Below are positions 37,401-46,400 of a stretch of 64,000 nucleotides of DNA, in pieces. Location of the stretch: the IMG/VR virus record IMGVR_UViG_3300030376_003496, one strand, 5' to 3'. The stretch comes from an uncultured virus (IMG/VR IMGVR_UViG_3300030376_003496) (lineage: Duplodnaviria > Heunggongvirae > Uroviricota > Caudoviricetes). The notes beneath the pieces are model-generated. The model ran no database searches and had not been told where the DNA came from. It worked only from the letters and a program-made list of their open reading frames with translations. Every line of letters starts with the position of its first letter. Within the stretch, counting starts at the first letter, position 1. The translations under genes were made by a program, and so were the position numbers.

Positions 37401-40400
37401 ATCCTACGAAATTTGTTGAAATGGTAGGGTGGTTTAGAAAAACAGTTCTTAACGAAAGAATGAGAGGCGATACGCCAAACGCTAATAACCTTCCTCCGAT
37501 GATTACAGGCATTAAAGAATTAGAGCCGGGTCAATGGACACATATGGTTGAGCTTTTTGCTCCCGGTGTTTACTTTAGCCGTGACGAGTTATTACGTATT
37601 ATTCCTAATATTAAAAATAAAGTTGACCGTGAGTTTTTAGAGGCTGCTTTAGTTTGGAACCAAAACTCACGTAATGATATTGATTTAGATCAAGCCGGGG
37701 CTTTAAAGCTTGCTAAAGAAATGGAAGAAATTCTTTTAGATCACGGAGCTTCTAAAGATTATACCCTCGAAGAAATGCACTTTATGAATAGGATTATTAA
37801 TAATCCAAATGAAGAAACAATCTTAAAAGCATTTAAAGAAACTAGAATTGATACGTATGTTAATAGCATTATGATTGATGCCGCCAAACGAAACAAAACT
37901 GTTTCTGTTAAAGACTTACTTATCTACAACCAAGATCCTGAGTTAGTAACGGAAACGTTTGCAAAAGCTCGGCTAGAACTTGGGGAGCTTATGGCTCAGG
38001 TTAAAGAAGGAAATTACGAAAGTATTCTTAAAAGCCAAGGTAAGCATGTTCTAAATTCTCTCGGAGAAGGTGTGCAAGGTTTTAAAAAATCAAAAACTAA
38101 CCAGTGGAAAGCTGAGTTCTTAGCGGATCATTTCGAGAATAGCCCTGAATTTACTAATAGCCTTAGAGAAATGTTGGATGTTTTTGATGACGTTGAAGGA
38201 CAAGTTAAAACACCGAAACAGCTTACTTTAGTAAAAAACAAAGTACAGGATTTATTAGAAAAAGTAGCTAACGATAATAAAAGAAAACTTCAATTAGCTG
38301 AAATTAGAAGATTGAAAAAAGAAAATAATTATAGTGAACTTCGGACTGAAATGCAAGACGCTTACGCTAGTTGGGACAAAGCGGCTAAAGAAGGTACAAA
38401 CTCAGCTAAAATTAATAAGCTTCGATCTGAGTTTATTAAGAAAAAGAATGCTGTTAAAAGGTTAAACGAAGGTTTTAAAAAATCTGTTGAAGCTAACTGG
38501 GAAAGCATTAAACAAAAATGGGTTGATATGCAGGGTAAACGTCTTGATATTGAAACTAGACCCGACTACGCCCACACCCGTCCATTAATTAAAATTGTAT
38601 CAATGCTTAATGGTCACTTATTAGCAACGTCTAAATGGTGGCACGATCCTGTAACTGGTTTCCACGTTGACTCTACTATTTCAAGAAAAGATCTTATTTC
38701 TATTCTTGAGTCGGCTGAAGAAGGATACGGGTTTATTGCCAATTTAGATGATATTGCTATTGGGTCTAAAAACGGATCTGGTTACGACGGTGATAAAGTT
38801 GTTCAAGCCTTAATCGAAAGAATTAAAACTTCTAATGAAACCCTTGGAGAAATCCTTCGTCAAGGCTTTGAAAAAAACAGGGATATTCACTTCGGTAAAA
38901 AGCTTCCTTATGCTAAAGATGTTTACGGTTCTGGGGGAGATCTTAGAAACCTGATGGAGTCATTAAAGGGACAGCAAGCGGGTAAGCAGGCGTATGCTAG
39001 GGAAAAAGGACAAAACGGTGAATACTCAGGAAATAGATTAGAAGGTAACCTTACAAGAGACGCATGGGTACAAGCCTTTAATGGTGACCTATTAAATGGT
39101 ATTAGCTTTATGTTAAAAGGCGACGGACCTCGTTCTCAGCGTATTAAAGCAGCGGTAGATAGTCTAAGGGGACAAGAAAGAGTTGATAGGCTTTTAGATC
39201 TTGTTAACGAGTTTATTCCCGAAGGTCAAGAAAAACTTAGAGACTTTAGCCAGTTAGGGGGCGGAACAGATGCTGTTGATTGGGTTGGCCCTAAGAGAGC
39301 AGCTAACGCTGTCTTGTCTGCCTTATCTAGTGACCGTCCCTATGCTAATAAGGTAGCTGAAGCAGAAGTTATCCTTGGACAAAAAGGACCAGCAGTAGCA
39401 AGAAGATTAGGTGCTATTAACGAAGATGGTATTTTTATTCAGCATGATTCTGATCCTGTTATTCAAAGAAACTTTGAAAGAGCTTCAGCAGATCAAGCTA
39501 TGAATTGGTTACTTGGTAAATTAGATGATCCTGAATTAGACGCTGCTGGTAGGAAAGATATTTACGATAAGCTTGAAGCTTGGTTACAAGATTTCCCTGA
39601 ACAGGCATTCTTAAACGAAGCTGTTAGGTCCGCATTACCACGGCAAGGTCTTTCGTTTGTCCCCCGTTGGATGGTTGCTGGACCTGATCTTGATATTATC
39701 GGTAAAAACTTTGGTGAAGGCATTGCAGGACAAATTAAATATCAGCAAGCAATGAACGCAGCCGTGACACCGGCATTAATGGCTACTATTCACGATGCTA
39801 TCTTTGTCGGTCTTCCTACTATGATGACAAAGTTTAACAACGAAGCGGCTGCTTCCCCTAACTGGAATTATAAAGATTCTGAGGGTAGGCACGTTCTTAG
39901 GGGTATTGGTTTTGGTTTCCAGACTATGATTGCTAGACAAGGAACGTTTGAAGACGCAATTAACCTCTCGCATGAACTTATTTACGGTTATACTGGGTTA
40001 GTAGATAACGCCCGTAAGGCTTATAATAAGATGTCGAGGCAAAAAATAGAAAACCTAACAGAACAGCAATTTAAAGATAACGACGAATTTATGGGGTGGA
40101 TGGTTCAAGAATTTCCTAAATTAAATGACGAAAATAAAAAAGCTATTGTTAGAGAAATTTTCCCTGCTGTAGCTAGTTCTTACATGGATGCCGATTCTTC
40201 AGGTTCTAATATTATGCTTGCAATAGTAATGGGACAAAAGGCAGATTTTGGTTCTTTGTGGGAAAAGATTAAAGGATCTGCCCCAGAGCTTGAACAAGGC
40301 GCGTTTAATGAAGCCCACAGTACAGCAGTAAATAACGCTTATAAGCACGTTGAAAATTACATTGTTCAGAGGATTAACGACGGTAACTTTGAAGGTAAAG

Positions 40401-43400
40401 TCGGCCTTGAAGAAGTATATGCGGACTTAAAGGGTTTGTTTGAATTTGCTCAAGCAGAAGGAGCAACTAAGGCTATTCTTAAAGGCCCGGTTATGACTGA
40501 TTCTTACGGTGTCGGTGTTAAATCTATGGCTAAACAAATTAGAGATTCTTTAGGTGCTGAAGAAATTAGAGAAAAGCTTATTAGGGCTAACAAAGGATTT
40601 ACTACAGAAAACTACGATGTTAAAATCCACGCTTTATCCGACAGTTTAGCTACTTTATTATCAAAGGGTATAGACGATAATCTTGGTGGCTGGATTAAAC
40701 GAAGTCTTTTTGAGCAGAAAATTACTAACAAAAAACTGGGTGGAATTCTTAGTGACTGGAGAAATACTAACAGCGGAGCAAAAGTTAGAACCGCTGGGGA
40801 TAAAGAATCGCTGTCTGTTAGTAACGCTAGAATGGATAGTATCCAAGGAGTAGCCGAAACAAATGCGGGCTATAAGGCAGGTAACAGAGAAGAAACACTT
40901 GACTTTGATGACATGTTTACGGAAGTTAGAGAGCGTGTTGAAACTTTAGCTGAAATTATGGGCGATGCGAATGAAGCTAAAGAGTGGGTAAGCGGTATTG
41001 TTAATCTCATGGTTGACGATCTTAAAGGCAACAAAAATATTCAGAAACTTATTGATGAAGGTAAATACGCCGAAGCACAGGAAGCTATTGATATTCAGTT
41101 TAATACACTGGCTAATGAAAATATTACGGTAAAAGCTCTAAATAGCTACATGGCGCAGGGAATTGGTTACGATGAAGCTGGGTTTAAATCCCAGATTCGG
41201 GGTATTATTCCTGACGCTGATGCAGATAAACTGGATGCTATTTTAGGTAACTTAAATCCAATTACTCGTCAGGCTATTAAAGGACAAATGTTTAGGCAAT
41301 TGGCTATTTCCGCCGAAACAAGAAACTTTGTTTCTAGTAATTTTGATTTAATTGCAGATAAAATTCTTAGGCTTGAGGCAGAAGAATCTCCTCTTGGTTT
41401 AGCTAAACTTATTATGGAACCATTAGGTGAAGAAGACATTAGACAACGAACTATTTTACAGGCAATGAAAGAAATTTCTGAGATTTACGATTTAGAGAAA
41501 TTAGGACTCAAAGTAGGAGGAGAAGAGTTTAAAAATCTTACGTGGGATCAGTATTTCAAACAATGGGAAAAAGATAGTGATATGGGTCAAGAGCTTAGAT
41601 TAAAAGCCATCGAATCTTTACAGAACATTAACTGGAAAGCCATGTTAAACGAGATTGATGAAAAAATGGCTAATGATCCTAGCGATGAAAAAGTCATGTC
41701 TCTTGAAATGCGGAAAGAAGCTATTGAGCAAACGCTTAAAATGCTTACTAGAATTATCGACGCTACTAACGAAGCTAGACCTACTGACTCTGCTAAACAA
41801 ATGGAGATTGTATCAGGAAGTAAAAACGTTATTAACACGGGCAACATGCCGGGACTTTTTGGCGCACTTCCTCAGACTACAACTCGTCGGTTTGAAGGAG
41901 CACCCATTCCAATTCTTAGGATGGCGCAGCTTGAGCAAACTGCCGAAGTTCGTAAATTAAGATCTCTTGAAAGAGGAGCACAAACTCAAGATTCTAGCAA
42001 GCCCCTCTTTACAGAAAGAGAATTGGCAAGAAGATTAACTCCAGATGATCTCATTGGGGTTGAAAAGTATAGGGGATCTATGTACGACGTTCCGTTATCG
42101 TCTAAGCCTATTTACTCATTACAAGACGCTCCTACTCCGGCTATTGCTGCCGAGCTTTTACAGGCCGAATTAACCAATTTTGCTAACCAAGTTGGAGGTA
42201 AAGCACTTACGTACCTTAAAGAAGGTAATTTCTATATGCTTTACAACTTACAGAGGCACTTTACGGCTGAACAAGAAGCAATGAAAGCCGAAACAATTTA
42301 TAGAGATATTGGACAGGCTTTAGCTGAAAAGAGAACAAGTATTCTAAAAGACTCTGAAATTACTGATGAGTTAACAGAAAACATGATTCTTAATAGAAAC
42401 GAAGATTATGTTAACCTTAAACTTGAATTAGCTAAAGCGCAAGATAACGCTCTTATGGTAAGAAACGAGGTTCTTTCTATTGATGGATCATGGGCTATTG
42501 ACGTAGATGAAAGGGTTTGGTCGGTCCAGTCTATGAACGGAGAATCTTTAGAAACTGTTTCTAGCGGAAGAACTTATTCAGAAGCTATTAATAAGACAGC
42601 TATGGATAACCCAAGATCGGGTAACTTAATTGCATGGCTTGCGCCCCCCGCTAAATCACCGGGTGAGGTTATTTCTGAATTTGGTAATAAAGGTGGAATT
42701 CGTTATGCCGATGGATCTAATGTTGCGATGCTTCCAAAAGGTGCTCATTCAACTGATGCTTCTGGTCCTTTATATATGGGTAATCAAATTCAAGTTACTG
42801 GATGGCACAACGCTTTACATAAAATTTTAGGTCTTGCTGACGATGTTTCTCCCACTAGTAATGAAATTACTGTATTTAGACGATGGGCTGACGCAAAAGC
42901 ACGGGCTGATGTTGACGAGATGAATAAACTTAAAAGACAGTACCCCAATTATATTAAAGATTATGAGGATATGACTTCCGTTCAACTTGACGCTAGTTTA
43001 GGAGAAGGGCAATCAAAAGCTAAGAAAGATTTTAGAGACGCTAATAAAGCACTTTTCTATATGTCTAAGCCTGTTATTAAAGCCCAAGTCATAGAAAATC
43101 TTAAGGCTCAATTTGGAGAAGACTTTGAAGCAAAGCTTAGAGAAAGATCAGATCTTACTTTAGAAGAATTAATGACGTTTGAAAGAAAAATAACAGACGA
43201 AGATACAATTATTTTTGTCAATCCTCTTGGTGTTGTTATTTCTCCTCACAAAGTTGTGGGGCAGGCAGTTATTAACTTAACTATGCAAGAAAGAGTATTA
43301 TCTTTAAACGGTATTCAGAATCAAACTGTTGTTGACCGAATGAGATTAGCTACTATGCTTGATAGAAAATTACCAATAAACTCAGAAATTTCGTCGCGTA

Positions 43401-46400
43401 TGGGTGGTTATGATCCCTTTACAAAATTTGATGGGATGACTATTGATAGAGCTAGGCGTAATACTGCTATCTTAACTGATGCTTTAGAAGACCTTCAAAG
43501 CAGAAGCACAACTCACAAATTAAGCGTTGCTGTAGATAGAAGACACGTTATTCGTCGGGGTACTTTATCAGAATCTCCTATGAGATTTATTAAATTTAGT
43601 GATGCTATTAACGAACAGGGAGCTAAAGAAGCTCGTATGATTCTTGCTGAAAACACCTTAGAAGTATTACCTTTACGTAAAACAACTATTGATCAGCTTT
43701 ATGTGTTAAAAAACACAACTTTTAATAAATACAACGAAGCTGATTGGGCTAACGGAATTCAAATTGCCTTAATGACTGGGAAAGAATCTGCTTGGGCGGT
43801 ATTTAAAGAACGTGTTATTGCAGAAGAACGACTGAATAAAACTAAAGATCTTGACCCAGAAGACTTTGAAAAAGAATTAAACGAACGATGGGATAAAGTT
43901 AAAGATATCGTTAATATTCTTAGAGACGAATTAAACGTTCTTAATAAAGATGAGGGATTAGTGGGTAAATTTATAAGTGACCGAAATGATATTTTCTTTG
44001 GTTCTAAAGCCAGCGATAGTGAAAACCATGCTACTTTTATTAGTTTATATTCCCAGAAACTTAGCATCGAAAGAGCGGCTCAAATCGAAGTAATGAATAG
44101 AACTCTTATTCCCGATAATAAATCATTTGATAGGACGGTTCAATTTGTTAAACCTATTGACGATCTTAATGGTATTGCAGCAAGATCTGACGGAACTCAA
44201 ATGAAGCCTAATACTATCGACGCTCGTTTAAGGGATTACCCTGCTGATGACGGGCATTTAATGTTAAGTTATCGTTTAGATACTTTCGTAGATCAGGGAG
44301 TTTTAAACAGGGATCAAGCAAGTGTTCTAAAGTTAGCTTTCTGGGATTATGATACAGAAGCATTAAACCGTATTTTTGATCCAATGTCATCTGGTACTCC
44401 TATTCGCTTTAGTGTAACAGAAAGTGTTAATTATTTAGGAAAATACGAACAAGTTAATAAAACTTTTACAGATGGTGTAGTCCACAGAATTGATTTACTT
44501 AAAAACTTATCTAGTCGATTTAAAGAAGAGGGATCATTAGGTCCGGCTGCTGTTGTCTTAGAAGAAATTGGTCATGCTTTAGGCCATAGATTAAACACTG
44601 AAGATCAGATTAATTTTATTGAACGTGTTAGAAAAATCGAAATTGCTGAAATTGAAGAAGCCGAAAAGCTTATTTACGGTAAAGCAACAGACAGCGAACA
44701 ATACAAAAAGAGACTTCAGCAATTAAAAGAAGATCGCGCTAGAATGGAAGGCGATATTCCCGAAAACGCCGCAAGAAGAACAGAGTTATTCGGTGCTATG
44801 TTTGCTATTAGTGGTTTACATAAAGCTAAAAACCAGTGGGACTTTATTTCTAAGGGATTAGAAACCCAAGAAGCTTTAACTGATGCTCACGCAACTATTT
44901 CTAATCTTAATAAATTAGCTACTGTCGCTGGCATTGAAGATATCAACAGTAAGAGTTTATTTGCAGACGTTGAAGCTACTCTTAAAAGTGCTATTAATCT
45001 TGAAATGCGGATGAACAAAAGAAATAAACCTACTGATGATAACAGAGAAGTAGGGGACGATACTGGCCCTCTTATGGTGGATGATATTACGTCTTCTCTT
45101 AAAGAAAATGAAGATGCTCGTCGCGCTCAACTTGATAATGAGGTTGATGAGATTATTGAGCAAATTACAGATCCTAACACTAACGAAATAGATCTTAACT
45201 TACTCCATGAAAACGGCACATCAAGTATTACTTTAAAAGATCAGGTTATTATGAGAGCTATGGAAACTAACGTTAAGCGATCTACTATGGGTCGAAGAAT
45301 TGAAACACCCTTTTCAGATTTTGTTGCTGCTATAGCTTTTGGTAAATTAACTAATAACCAAATTGCTCGGTATAACGATATGCTTTCAAGCCCCTTCGGT
45401 ATGAGAAACATGGCATTTGCTGTTGATGGTGAAGTACCTTTAGCTGCTCCTATTTTACATTTGTTTAACGCAGCAGATAGCCAAAGTTACTTTACGTCGG
45501 GAGCTTTTGAAGATGCTATGCCTACTATTCAAGCTTTAGGGTTATATCTTAGAGGAGAATTTGAAAAGATTATTCCTGCTCTTGCTATTCTTAAAGGAGA
45601 AAACGCAACTCAAGGACCACTTGGGCCTTCTGGGGGAGAAACTACTCCGTGGTCACTTTTCTCAAGCTTGTGGCGTGAAATGATTATGGATTACGAAACA
45701 CCTGAAAAAGCAAAAGCTATTGTAAAACAAAAACTTGCGAGTATGCAGGGTAATGACGATTCGTTTAAACGTTTTATTAATTCCAACAAATCAGATGAAT
45801 TTGTAGATATTTTAGTCCAAACAGCAGATTCTTGGGCTAACCCAAACGAAGGCTTGTGGCCTCACATTGTAGATTCAATGGTTACTGCTGGTATGGTACG
45901 ACCAGAGAAACGAGATGACTTGGTTGCTAAAGCTGCTTATCCTATTAAATTTAAAGATAGTATCTTTCAAAACGCTGTTGACGTTGACGGTGATACACCA
46001 AGGCGTGAATTAAGAAGAGCTATTGTAGAAATCGTAAGAGACAAAATGAATAATTCAGAAGATGTTGATGTAGACATTCTTCAAATCGCATTAGCGGATT
46101 ATTTCCCTGTCCCAAGTAAAAGAAGAGAAGTTGATGTTAGCACATGGAGTAATAGACTTCCTATGGAAGTTAGATCTTTACTGGAATCTGATGAGATTAA
46201 AGGAAATGTAAATGTTCTTCTTAATAAAATCCGTAGAGGAGATATTAAGATGAAAGACCTTGGGACAGAAACAAAAAGATTATACGATGAAACTCTTATC
46301 GATGAAAGTTTACTGGGTAAAGATAACCCCAATAAACAGGCTATGCTTCTTGAGTTATCAGAAGAATTTAGAAACAAATTAGCTAAATCGCAGCAGACTT

